Shown: one piece after another, positions 26,704 through 34,113 of the stretch
Numbering within the stretch: position 1 is the first letter of the stretch
Layout: every line of letters starts with the position of its first letter
IMG/VR virus record: IMGVR_UViG_3300042347_000737
Coordinates: 1-36,429 of that record
DNA: 36,429 bases
DNA from: a virus
Taxonomy: Duplodnaviria > Caudoviricetes
Reading direction: 5' to 3' (one strand)
Made by a program: the position numbers and the translations under genes
Notes under the pieces: model-generated
Told to the model about the DNA's origin: nothing
What the model saw: the letters and a program-made list of their open reading frames with translations, nothing else
Database searches by the model: none

Positions 26704-27489
26704 ATGCGCGTTTACGTTGACCTCGACTCTCGAGCTTTTGTCGTGTCGCCCACGCTTTTGCAGCGGGTGACACAATTATTTTTCACCCGCCGCGATGCGC
26801 TGCCGCTCGAAGTGCAATTTGTGCGCAACGGCACCGTGCAAGAGCTTGGAGCGGGCGCGACCGGCCGATTCGCCATCAAGGCGGCCGGCAGCTATGACGG
26901 CGATTATCTCGCTTATGCCGGGTCGTGGACGAAAAGCGGAAGCACCACCAGCACGATTTACACATTCACCCTTTCCGTCAACAGCAGCGAGCTGGACGAC
27001 CTCTTCCCGCAGGACGACGAGGAATCTGTCACGGCCATTTGCGAACTTGAATGGACGGTTTCCACGCAGGTTTCTTCCACGTTGCCGTGCGCGGCGACCG
27101 TTTACAACGACGTCATCCGCGCGCAATCCCCCGGCAGCGACGGCGTGGCCAACGTGCGCCTGACCATCCTGCAAGGCTCGACGTTCTCGCAGGAATTCGT
27201 GTGGAAAACCGGCGACCCGCTCACCGAGGTGGACCTCACGAGCTACACCGCGCAAGCGCAGGCGCGCGCCACCTACACAAGCGAGACAACTTTATTCGAC
27301 CTGACGACCGAAAATGGAGGAATCACGCTGGGCGGCGAGGACGGCACCATCACCCTCGACATCTCCGCCGAGGACACTGCCGACTTGGCGGCGGGAACCT
27401 ACGTGTGGGACTTGGAACTGACCGTCGGTTCCACCGTGCGCCGCCTCATCGCAGGCAAAGTGATCGTCTCGCCCGAAGTCACCCAATAA
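26704..27489 (+). CDS. Two-domain tail/baseplate (BppU-like) protein
   Basis: Two beta-sandwich-like halves; QGSTF...VDLTSYTAQAQAR...YVWDLEL...LIAGKVIVSPEVT. Confidence 0.6.
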   Translation: MRVYVDLDSRAFVVSPTLLQRVTQLFFTRRDALPLEVQFVRNGTVQELGAGATGRFAIKAAGSYDGDYLAYAGSWTKSGSTTSTIYTFTLSVNSSELDDLFPQDDEESVTAICELEWTVSTQVSSTLPCAATVYNDVIRAQSPGSDGVANVRLTILQGSTFSQEFVWKTGDPLTEVDLTSYTAQAQARATYTSETTLFDLTTENGGITLGGEDGTITLDISAEDTADLAAGTYVWDLELTVGSTVRRLIAGKVIVSPEVTQ

Positions 27490-27495
27490 TTTACC

Positions 27496-28755
27496 ATGAG
27501 CGACGTCATCGAAATCGTTGCGCCGACGCAAACCGATGTGGTGGAGGTTGTCGTCCCGGTCACCCCGCCGAACCAACCAGAGGTGCTCGAGGTCGCGGTC
27601 GCTGGCCCGCAGGGACCGGCAGGCACGCTTTCCGGCGTCACAGGCAGCAAAAATACGCCCGTCGATGCCGACAAATTTGCCATCCTCGACAGCGCGGCCA
27701 GCGATGCGCTGAAAACTCTTACCCTCGGCAACCTCAAAAATGCCCTGTGGGAGGCGAAGACGACCGCCTTCACTGCCGTCAGCGGCGGACGCTACGTGGC
27801 CAGCGGCACGTTCACCGTTACGAATCCCGCCAGCGGCAACGACGGCGAGATGTTTCAAGTCGTGGTGGCCTCGGGGACAGTCACCGTCAACGGTGTGGCC
27901 TACGCGGCCTCGCGCTGGCCGGTCACCGTGGCCCGCGTCTCGGGCTCTTGGACGACGCTGGCCAATTCGCTCACCGAAAACCTCACCCTCAACGGCACCA
28001 ATTCGACCGCCCCGAACCAGACGGCGGCGAGTTCGAGTTCAATTATAACTCGCCAACTCCTCGACGACGCCTTTCTCGACACGCGGATAATCCGGTTTCG
28101 CGACGATTTTTTCAACGGCGGACGCACCAACGGCATCATTGGCGAGACGGGCTGGGGGACGAGCAACGCGGGCGGGGGAACACTGGTAGAGCGCTCTACA
28201 GTTGGTGTTATGCCGCACCACACAGCTTTGCGGCTAACGACAGGAGCGACCGCTGGCAACTATTTGCGAATTTACACGGCAAACGGCATTTTCGGCGCCA
28301 GCAACCCGGCGACGGTCGCGGGATGGCACGCCTTGGCCATTATGGCGTTGCCCGACGTGACCAACGTGACCGTGTCGGCGGGATTTTCCGCGAACCCGCT
28401 CGACCTCGACTTTAATTCGCGCCTCATCGGTTGGCGGTTCAAGGCGGGCGTGGATACAAACTGGCAGTTCGTCACGAAAAACGACGTTACGGCATACGCG
28501 TCTTCAACTCTGACTACATTAGTGGATAGCGGCACCGCGCCGGTCGCCGACACATTTTACAAATTTGAAATGCGCTGTGTCACGGCTGGCACGATTGAGT
28601 TTCGGCTCAATGGCGGAAATTGGCTGACCTCTTCAACGAACGTGCCGACCTCCAGCAACGCCGGTTTATTTTTTGTGATCGTCGGCACGCAAACCAGCGC
28701 CGCCAGAACGTGCGACGTGGATCTCGTCGCGTGGAACCAGACCGTCGCCCGATGA
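27496..28755 (+). CDS. Tail fibre / receptor-binding protein
   Basis: GPQGPAG short collagen-like motif; T/G/S-rich; C-terminal FRDDF... lectin-like beta domain. Confidence 0.6.
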   Translation: MSDVIEIVAPTQTDVVEVVVPVTPPNQPEVLEVAVAGPQGPAGTLSGVTGSKNTPVDADKFAILDSAASDALKTLTLGNLKNALWEAKTTAFTAVSGGRYVASGTFTVTNPASGNDGEMFQVVVASGTVTVNGVAYAASRWPVTVARVSGSWTTLANSLTENLTLNGTNSTAPNQTAASSSSIITRQLLDDAFLDTRIIRFRDDFFNGGRTNGIIGETGWGTSNAGGGTLVERSTVGVMPHHTALRLTTGATAGNYLRIYTANGIFGASNPATVAGWHALAIMALPDVTNVTVSAGFSANPLDLDFNSRLIGWRFKAGVDTNWQFVTKNDVTAYASSTLTTLVDSGTAPVADTFYKFEMRCVTAGTIEFRLNGGNWLTSSTNVPTSSNAGLFFVIVGTQTSAARTCDVDLVAWNQTVAR

Positions 28756-29135
28756 CCCTCCGCCTTGCCAACTCTACGCTGACCCGCTACGTCGAGCGAT
28801 CCGGCTACTCCGCCGACGATGCCGTCTCGCTGGTCGGCGACCTCGCCGCAGTGGCGGAAGGGCTGCTGGCTTGGCTCACGGCACAACTCGCCGAGGGCGA
28901 GACGCTGGCCGATGTTGTGATCGAGGAGGCGGGCAACGTGGCGACGGCCTACGCAACAACCACGGACGACGAGGGCAATGAGGTGTCGGTGCCGGTGGAG
29001 TTTCGCAGCGTGCTCAACGCCGCTGTGAGCGTGCATGCCCCGCTGGGCTCCCGCACTTTTAACGCCAGCAGCGAGAGCCTGCCGGACGCACTGCGCGACG
29101 GGTTGCTCGCAGCATGGGAGGCGCTGGAATTATGA
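28752..29135 (+). CDS. Hypothetical protein (possible fibre chaperone)
   Basis: ATGA coupling to the fibre gene; acidic. Confidence 0.6.
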   Translation: MTLRLANSTLTRYVERSGYSADDAVSLVGDLAAVAEGLLAWLTAQLAEGETLADVVIEEAGNVATAYATTTDDEGNEVSVPVEFRSVLNAAVSVHAPLGSRTFNASSESLPDALRDGLLAAWEALEL

Positions 29136-29314
29136 GCGAGCGTGAGAGCAACTGGGTCAAGTCGTGGCTGGCCAGCGTGTCCATCGTCCTCATTATGCAG
29201 GCCGGCACGCTCATTTGGTTCTTGGCAAAAGTGGACTCTCGCGTGGCCAACCTCGAGCAGGTGCAAGAGCGCGTCGAGACGCTCTGGGAGCACCACCTCC
29301 GCAACACACGCTGA
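29132..29314 (+). CDS. Single-TM coiled-coil membrane protein (lysis module)
   Basis: Hydrophobic WLASVSIVLIMQAGTLIWFL followed by a coiled coil. Confidence 0.65.
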   Translation: MSERESNWVKSWLASVSIVLIMQAGTLIWFLAKVDSRVANLEQVQERVETLWEHHLRNTR

Positions 29315-29317
29315 CCC

Positions 29318-29337
29318 TTTGACATGCCGCCGAGGGC
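29318..29337 (+). promoter_or_regulatory. TTTGACA late motif, 13 nt before ATG 29338
   Basis: TTTGACAtgccgccgagggcATG. Confidence 0.75.
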
Positions 29338-29499
29338 ATGAACTACTTGCTCGATCAACTCGGTCAGTCCTCGACGTGGCGCGGTCTTATTCTGCTGGCT
29401 GGCGCTCTCGGTTGGCAACTCTCGCCAGAGCACAACGAGGCCATCATCGCCGCCGCCATCGCGCTCGTCGGTGTCATCAACGTCTTTCGCCGGAGCTGA
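29338..29499 (+). CDS. Putative holin, 53 aa (absent from the ORF track)
   Basis: MNYLLDQLGQSSTWRGLILLAGALGWQLSPEHNEAIIAAAIALVGVINVFRRS: two hydrophobic segments and a basic C-terminus. Confidence 0.7.
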   Translation: MNYLLDQLGQSSTWRGLILLAGALGWQLSPEHNEAIIAAAIALVGVINVFRRS

Positions 29500-29503
29500 A
29501 ATC

Positions 29504-29641
29504 GTGCGCCTTCTCTGCATCATTGCGGCCCTCGCACTCACCGGATGCGCGGGCCTCAAATGGTCCCTCGGCTACAACCCGCTGACCAAGCAGTGGACCG
29601 TCTCGGGCGAACTCCCGCAGCCCGGTGGCTACAAAAAATGA
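29504..29641 (+). CDS. Small lipoprotein (spanin-like), 45 aa (absent from the ORF track)
   Basis: MRLLCIIAALALTGCAGLKW...; lipobox LTGC; stop overlaps the endolysin ATG. Confidence 0.65.
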   Translation: MRLLCIIAALALTGCAGLKWSLGYNPLTKQWTVSGELPQPGGYKK

Positions 29642-30228
29642 TCTTCCTTTCATGGCTCTTACAAAAACTATCGCCCGCGCGATCTCACGCTGGCCCACCG
29701 GCGACCTCGCCGACCTCCTCAACCTCATCCACGCCGAAATCCACCGCCGCGCCGACGAAGCCCGCACTCAGCGAAGCGAAAGCCGCAGCGTGGCAACCCG
29801 ACCCGCGAAGCGCGCGGAACATAGCCACGCTTGAGCCGACCACGGCCAAGCTCGCCACTGAACTCCTCCGCCGCCTCGCCGCCGAGGGCTACAATTTCAA
29901 AGTCACGAGCGGCACGCGCACGTTCGCGGAGCAAGCCGCGCTCTACGCCCAAGGCCGCACGGCGCCTGGCAAGCGCGTCACCAATGCCCGCCCCGGCTAC
30001 TCGTGGCACAACTTTGGACTGGCGTTCGACGTGACGCTTTTTCAGGGCGAAAAGAACCCCGTGTGGGATCATCCCGCTTACGCCATCGCCGGCCAGATCG
30101 GCAAAGACCTCGGCCTGCGCTGGGGAGGGGACTTCAAAAGCATCATCGACCGCCCGCACTTCGAGCGCCCCATCGGCCTCTCCCTCGCCGAGGCGCGGCA
30201 GAAATACCCGCTCGGCCGCGTGGCGTAA
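29638..30228 (+). CDS. Endolysin, M15 family L-Ala-D-Glu peptidase
   Basis: RTFAEQAALYAQGRT, SWHNFGLAFD, WGGDF, DRPHFE. Confidence 0.9.
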   Translation: MIFLSWLLQKLSPARSHAGPPATSPTSSTSSTPKSTAAPTKPALSEAKAAAWQPDPRSARNIATLEPTTAKLATELLRRLAAEGYNFKVTSGTRTFAEQAALYAQGRTAPGKRVTNARPGYSWHNFGLAFDVTLFQGEKNPVWDHPAYAIAGQIGKDLGLRWGGDFKSIIDRPHFERPIGLSLAEARQKYPLGRVA

Positions 30229-30265
30229 TCAACACGTTTTGCCGACGTGTCGACGGCTTCGACAT

Positions 30266-30285
30266 TTTGACACCCACGCAAAGTC
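30266..30285 (+). promoter_or_regulatory. TTTGACA late motif with no downstream start codon
   Basis: TTTGACAcccacgcaaagtc then AGCAGA..., the start of a structured region. Confidence 0.6.
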
Positions 30286-30369
30286 AGCAGACCCGCCGCG
30301 CCTCTGCTGTCCCAAGGGGACGGTAATTCCGGCTCAAGGAGCCGGTGCGCACTTCGGCGGGTGTTTTTT
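30286..30369 (+). ncRNA. Candidate small structured RNA
   Basis: Begins 13 nt after the motif; three hairpins plus a long-range 8-bp pairing; ends in T6. Confidence 0.4.
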
Positions 30370-30395
30370 CCTCCCGGCAAGCCTCGGCAACCCGG

Positions 30396-30437
30396 TCCCG
30401 TGGCGGTTCCTCACCGGAGCCGCTGCGGGATTTTTTT
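30396..30437 (+). terminator. Rho-independent terminator between convergent units
   Basis: TCCCGTGGCGGTTCC/GGAGCCGCTGCGGGA stem followed by T7. Confidence 0.8.
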
Positions 30438-30591
30438 AGGGCTGACCGTGCACGCAGATCCAAAGGAAGCCGAAATTGGCGAAGGCATACCCGGCAAAGG
30501 CCACGGCCAACCCCACATTGCCCTCGCGCCAAAAGCCTGCGGCCGTCAGCAAATAGCACCCCGTCGTAATGAGCAGCGGCCAAAAGGTCAT
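30436..30591 (-). CDS. Small two-TM membrane protein, 51 aa (absent from the ORF track)
   Basis: MTFWPLLITTGCYLLTAAGFWREGNVGLAVAFAGYAFANFGFLWICVHGQP; ATGA coupling. Confidence 0.7.
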   Translation of the reverse strand: MTFWPLLITTGCYLLTAAGFWREGNVGLAVAFAGYAFANFGFLWICVHGQP

Positions 30592-30896
30592 GCGTCGCGC
30601 TTGTGCTTGCCGACCGAAAGCGTGCCGCCCGTGTGACGTGACGTGAACTTAGCCACGGCAGACACGACGCGCTCCAGCTCGAGGATGTGGTCCTCGCCAA
30701 TGGCGGGCAGCACAGCATGCGCCACCTCATGAACGATGATGCCGATGCCGTTGCCTTTTATGGCGTTGGGATGCAGGTAAATTGTCCGCGTGGAATACTC
30801 GCACAGCCCCTCGCAAAGCTCTTTGCAAGGCGGGCGCTGAATCCGCACCCGCCACCAGTGGCCATCGAGCTTGAAACGCATCGTCGGCGGTTTCAT
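30588..30896 (-). CDS. HExxH metallopeptidase-like protein
   Basis: GLCEYSTRTIYL...IVHEVAHA...E. Confidence 0.7.
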   Translation of the reverse strand: MKPPTMRFKLDGHWWRVRIQRPPCKELCEGLCEYSTRTIYLHPNAIKGNGIGIIVHEVAHAVLPAIGEDHILELERVVSAVAKFTSRHTGGTLSVGKHKRDA

Positions 30897-31153
30897 TTTA
30901 CGAGCCGGTAGTGGTAAGTTTTGCGCGCCCCGCCGCCACTCGCCAAAGGAATCAAAAACTTCCGCCGTTCGCATTTGCCGGCCAGCAGCAGTTTGGCGAT
31001 GCGGTCTTTAATACTGGTCACCGAGAGCTTTTGCGCGGCGGCCAACTCAAACACAGTCTTCCATCCGGGCGGCACACGTTCCGGCTCGCGGCGAATCGCT
31101 GAGGTCAAAGCCTCGCACCAGTCGGCCAGATCGTCGGTTTTCTTTTTGCTCAT
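30893..31153 (-). CDS. Winged-helix DNA-binding protein
   Basis: VPPGWKTVFELA...SVTSIKDRIAKLLLAGKCERRKF...HYRL. Confidence 0.6.
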   Translation of the reverse strand: MSKKKTDDLADWCEALTSAIRREPERVPPGWKTVFELAAAQKLSVTSIKDRIAKLLLAGKCERRKFLIPLASGGGARKTYHYRLVK

Positions 31154-31896
31154 AGCGGCAGTCGATAGTGCGGGGACAGCGTGACCATGTTGACCGTGCA
31201 GCCGTTGCCTTCGGGTAAATACTCCCCGAAGCAAAAGCCATGCCGCCAACCTAATGTGGCACGACGACCGGCTGCGTATTCCATATCGAGGCGCGTGAGA
31301 CAGCCGATATTGTAACCGATGGCGTCCGCGTAGCTCCGAGCGGCCTCTACGGCGATCCGGTGCGTGTGACCGAACACCACATGGCTCCCAACAGTCTCCG
31401 CTGTGTCGCGGGCGGCAGACACGTTGTAAAGCGCCCCGTGCATGAAGGCCGTGCCGCCGAAATAGCGCACGCTTTCGCGGAGGATACCTTTGTAAGGGAT
31501 AATCTCGGTTTTGTAGCGGGCGAGGTCGGTTTCGATCTTGGCCATGACCTGCCCGGCAGCGTAGGCAACCACGGCGTTGCCGCTGTGCATCAGCGCGGCG
31601 GCGCGGGCCTCGTGGTTGCCGTGAAAATAGGTGGTCGGGCGAATCTCATGCAGGAACGAAAGCCCCGCGAGCAAATCATCCATTAGTGAAGCCGCGCGGT
31701 CGGGCTCGTCTGGATCACGCCGCGCTCCTGCTCGGAGGCAACTCATATCCAGCGCATCTCCCAAATGGATTCGCGCCTGCGGCTTCCAGCGGTCAATAAA
31801 AGTCAGCACCGCCTCGCGGGCCTTGGGGTCAATGTCGCTCCCATGCGAACACGTCATTGCAACGTATTTGCGCCACTTTCGAGTAATCGAGGCCAC
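31150..31896 (-). CDS. Calcineurin-like metallophosphoesterase
   Basis: CSHG, HLGD, GNHE, MHG and GHTH motifs. Confidence 0.85.
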   Translation of the reverse strand: MASITRKWRKYVAMTCSHGSDIDPKAREAVLTFIDRWKPQARIHLGDALDMSCLRAGARRDPDEPDRAASLMDDLLAGLSFLHEIRPTTYFHGNHEARAAALMHSGNAVVAYAAGQVMAKIETDLARYKTEIIPYKGILRESVRYFGGTAFMHGALYNVSAARDTAETVGSHVVFGHTHRIAVEAARSYADAIGYNIGCLTRLDMEYAAGRRATLGWRHGFCFGEYLPEGNGCTVNMVTLSPHYRLPL

Positions 31897-31916
31897 GCCC
31901 CGCCGTGGGTGTCAAA
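31897..31916 (-). promoter_or_regulatory. TTTGACA late motif, 13 nt before GTG 31896 (minus strand)
   Basis: Reverse strand reads TTTGACAcccacggcggggcGTG. Confidence 0.75.
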
Positions 31917-31924
31917 AGTCGGAC

Positions 31925-31956
31925 AAAAAAAAGGAGGGGACAAATTGCCCCCTCCC
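31925..31956 (-). terminator. Rho-independent terminator for the minus-strand unit 32680-31974
   Basis: Reverse strand GGAGGGGGCA-attt-GTCCCCTCC followed by T8. Confidence 0.75.
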
Positions 31957-31973
31957 TTTGAAAAGACAGCGGT

Positions 31974-32162
31974 TTACTCCGCCGGCCGATACCCGCTCGC
32001 CGCGTCGAGGTGCTCAAAACACCACGCCGCAAGGGTGCGGTTGGTTTTGCGCGCGGCTTGCACGTATGCACCTTTGCGCGACCGCTGGACACGCAAATGA
32101 ATCTGCGACTCGGCAAGCTCGCCCGGCGTGTGCGCCGGACGGCCTGCGTGTTTTTTGGTCAT
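31974..32162 (-). CDS. Ribbon-helix-helix-like DNA-binding protein
   Basis: GRP...QIHLRV...KGAYVQAARK...TLAAW pattern. Confidence 0.6.
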   Translation of the reverse strand: MTKKHAGRPAHTPGELAESQIHLRVQRSRKGAYVQAARKTNRTLAAWCFEHLDAASGYRPAE

Positions 32163-32680
32163 ACGGCGGTGTCGATGTAGACGCGCTCAATTTGCCCGGT
32201 AAGATAGCCGTCCGCGTTGGTGTGGTGCAAATCGTAGGCCACAAACTCCGCAGCTTCGCCGACGCCTTCCCATCCGGCGTCTTTGCAGTGCTGAGCAAAT
32301 TGCTCGGCGGAGACCTTTGCCGGCTCAAACTTTGCAAGGTCGTCTCTCTCAAGCAAGTCGTCAGCCAGAGCGTCGTGTCCGCCATTGCCGTTTGTGCCGA
32401 GGGTCGCCATGAGCACGCGGTAACCACTGTTTTTACGCAGTGCCGTCTCAAGAGGTAACGACTGCTGCGCCACTTCGCCGACCGTCTTGCCATAACCGTA
32501 GTCTTCGGGGTTTAGCCCCTCTGCCGCAAACGCTTCGGCGACCGCTTCCTCAAACGACGGCTCAGCACTCCCTTCGGACCCGTTGGCTGTGGCCCAACAC
32601 CACCCGGTCACGGACTCCCATATTCGCATGATACCATTGGTGCCGGTTGGGATTTGTATGACTTTGCTTTGTGTTTTCAT
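32159..32680 (-). CDS. Hypothetical acidic protein
   Basis: Start MKTQSK at 32680 after an A-rich leader and a canonical promoter; coupled to the RHH gene. Confidence 0.65.
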   Translation of the reverse strand: MKTQSKVIQIPTGTNGIMRIWESVTGWCWATANGSEGSAEPSFEEAVAEAFAAEGLNPEDYGYGKTVGEVAQQSLPLETALRKNSGYRVLMATLGTNGNGGHDALADDLLERDDLAKFEPAKVSAEQFAQHCKDAGWEGVGEAAEFVAYDLHHTNADGYLTGQIERVYIDTAV

Positions 32681-32747
32681 ATTTTTCTTTTTTTTAGGTT
32701 CCGGGTTCCGCCCGGTCGGGTTGCTGGTTTTTTCCTTCAACGAGGCC

Positions 32748-32776
32748 AAGTTAAGGCCGGTGCGGGATATTGTCAA
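32748..32776 (-). promoter_or_regulatory. Canonical sigma70-type promoter
   Basis: Reverse strand TTGACA-17 nt-TAACTT, pointing toward ORF 32680. Confidence 0.65.
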
Positions 32777-32885
32777 CACAAAATATTCATTTTTCCAAAA
32801 AAAAACAGCAACCTGCTGATCCTCAATCAGCCGACAAACGAGGGCACCAGAGGGCACCAAGGCATATTTTACAGAGTAAAAAGCA

Positions 32886-32930
32886 TGATTTGTAATCAGC
32901 AGGTCGTCGGTTCGAGCCCGACTGCCGGCT
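32886..32930 (+). other. attP core: 3' half of tRNA-Thr(TGT)
   Basis: TGAT-TTGTAAT-CAG anticodon arm, GTCGG-TTCGAGC-CCGAC T arm and acceptor 3' strand; no D arm or 5' strand; adjacent to the integrase. Confidence 0.85.
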
Positions 32931-32937
32931 TACTCTT

Positions 32938-32982
32938 AAAAGCCCCGCGAATCCGCATGAATACTGGTTCGCGGGGTTTTTT
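32938..32982 (+). terminator. Terminator-like hairpin after the tRNA fragment
   Basis: CCCCGCGAA/TTCGCGGGG stem followed by T6, with an A4 run on the 5' side. Confidence 0.65.
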
Positions 32983-33067
32983 ATGACTTGACGTTTTAGA
33001 CACCATAAAGCACTTTGAGGCACTTTTGGTGCCCAAAAAAGGGCACCAAGGGCACCAGCAATTAACA

Positions 33068-34036
33068 GTGAAGATCACCAAAATCTGCAAAAATGGCCGC
33101 GAGATGTGGCGACTCAACATTCCCGTGAGCTTTGGCGGCACGCGGAAACGAAAATTTTTTGAGACCCGCGTGGCGGCGGAGGTGTGGATCTCGAAGGCGC
33201 GGCAATGCCTGCGGGAGACGGGGAACTTGGAGCCGGTGAAGGGTGTGACGGTTTCGAGTGCTTTGGACGATTACCTTGAGGCGAAGAGCGAAACGGGAGG
33301 GCGCCACAAGACGGCGATGCTGCGCTACGCCAAGCTGGTGCGAAAAAGTTTCGGGCCGCGTTTGCTGGAGTCGGTAAGTGTCTTGGAGTTTAACAAGTGG
33401 CTGAATCGCCCGGAGTGGTCGGCAGCGAGCCGCGCCACGGCACGGCGGTATTGCTTGGGCTTTTGGAATTGGTGTGTGCGCAATGAGCTGATCGAGCGCA
33501 ACCGGCTTTTGGGGTCGGAGGTGCAGGGCGGCACGAAAAAGGAAATGGAGGTGCTGCCGGTGGACAAGTGCCGCGCGTTGCTTGAGGCGACGGAGGGACG
33601 GATGCGGGCTTTCGTGGTGTTGCAAATGTTTTGCGGTCTGCGGACGTGCGAGGCGATGGCGGCGACAATGGATTGGCTGAGTCTTGAGGACAAGGAGCTG
33701 GTGGTCTATGAGGCGAAGCGAACCACGGGCATCCCGCGTCGCACGGTGCGGCTGCGGGAGGCGTTCATGCGTTGGTGGCCGGAGGGTGTGACCGGCAAGG
33801 TGTGGCAAAAGAACGAGCGAAACTGGCGGGTCGATCGCCGCAAGTTGTTTGCCAACCTTGGGTGGAATCTGCCGCAAAACACGCTGCGGCACACGTTCGC
33901 CAGTTACCTACTGGCCAAGGAACGGTCGGCGGCGATGGTGGCCCTGGAGCTGGGCCACGCGAGCGAGGCGATGGTGCGCAATGTCTATGGGCACGCCGTG
34001 AAGGCGAAGGCGGCGGAGGCGTTTTGGCAGCTATAA
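33068..34036 (+). CDS. int: Tyrosine recombinase / integrase
   Basis: GLRTCE, QNTLRHTFASY, LGH and catalytic Y (NVYG); start uncertain (GTG 33068 or TTG 33026). Confidence 0.92.
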   Translation: MKITKICKNGREMWRLNIPVSFGGTRKRKFFETRVAAEVWISKARQCLRETGNLEPVKGVTVSSALDDYLEAKSETGGRHKTAMLRYAKLVRKSFGPRLLESVSVLEFNKWLNRPEWSAASRATARRYCLGFWNWCVRNELIERNRLLGSEVQGGTKKEMEVLPVDKCRALLEATEGRMRAFVVLQMFCGLRTCEAMAATMDWLSLEDKELVVYEAKRTTGIPRRTVRLREAFMRWWPEGVTGKVWQKNERNWRVDRRKLFANLGWNLPQNTLRHTFASYLLAKERSAAMVALELGHASEAMVRNVYGHAVKAKAAEAFWQL

Positions 34037-34113
34037 AAATTTTTATAGCATAGGACAGTCAGTGTCCGAGGCCCTCGTTAAAATGAGGGATGCACGCAAT
34101 AATACATGTCTCC

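Larger units (their letters stand above)
32841..33057. repeat. GGGCACCA repeats flanking the att core (putative integrase arm sites)
   Basis: Direct copies at 32842, 32852, 33041 and 33050; inverted copy at 33027-33034. Confidence 0.7.

Noticed and set aside
27051-28415. 454-aa alternative-frame ORF
   Set aside because: Arg/His-rich shadow across two better-supported tail genes
23783-28755. Diversity-generating retroelement or CRISPR-like array in the tail region
   Set aside because: No reverse transcriptase, template/variable repeat pair or regularly spaced repeats seen; the repetitiveness is due to Ser/Thr codons
30286-30437. Known self-cleaving ribozyme (hammerhead or HDV-like)
   Set aside because: Conserved catalytic cores could not be fitted by eye
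11450-31916. TTTGACA copies as ordinary sigma70 -35 boxes
   Set aside because: No -10 hexamer 16-18 nt downstream, and such a promoter would initiate inside the coding sequence
32886-32930. Functional tRNA gene
   Set aside because: The 5' acceptor strand and D arm are absent; interpreted as the attP core
33062-33892. 276-aa minus-strand ORF
   Set aside because: Antisense shadow of the integrase
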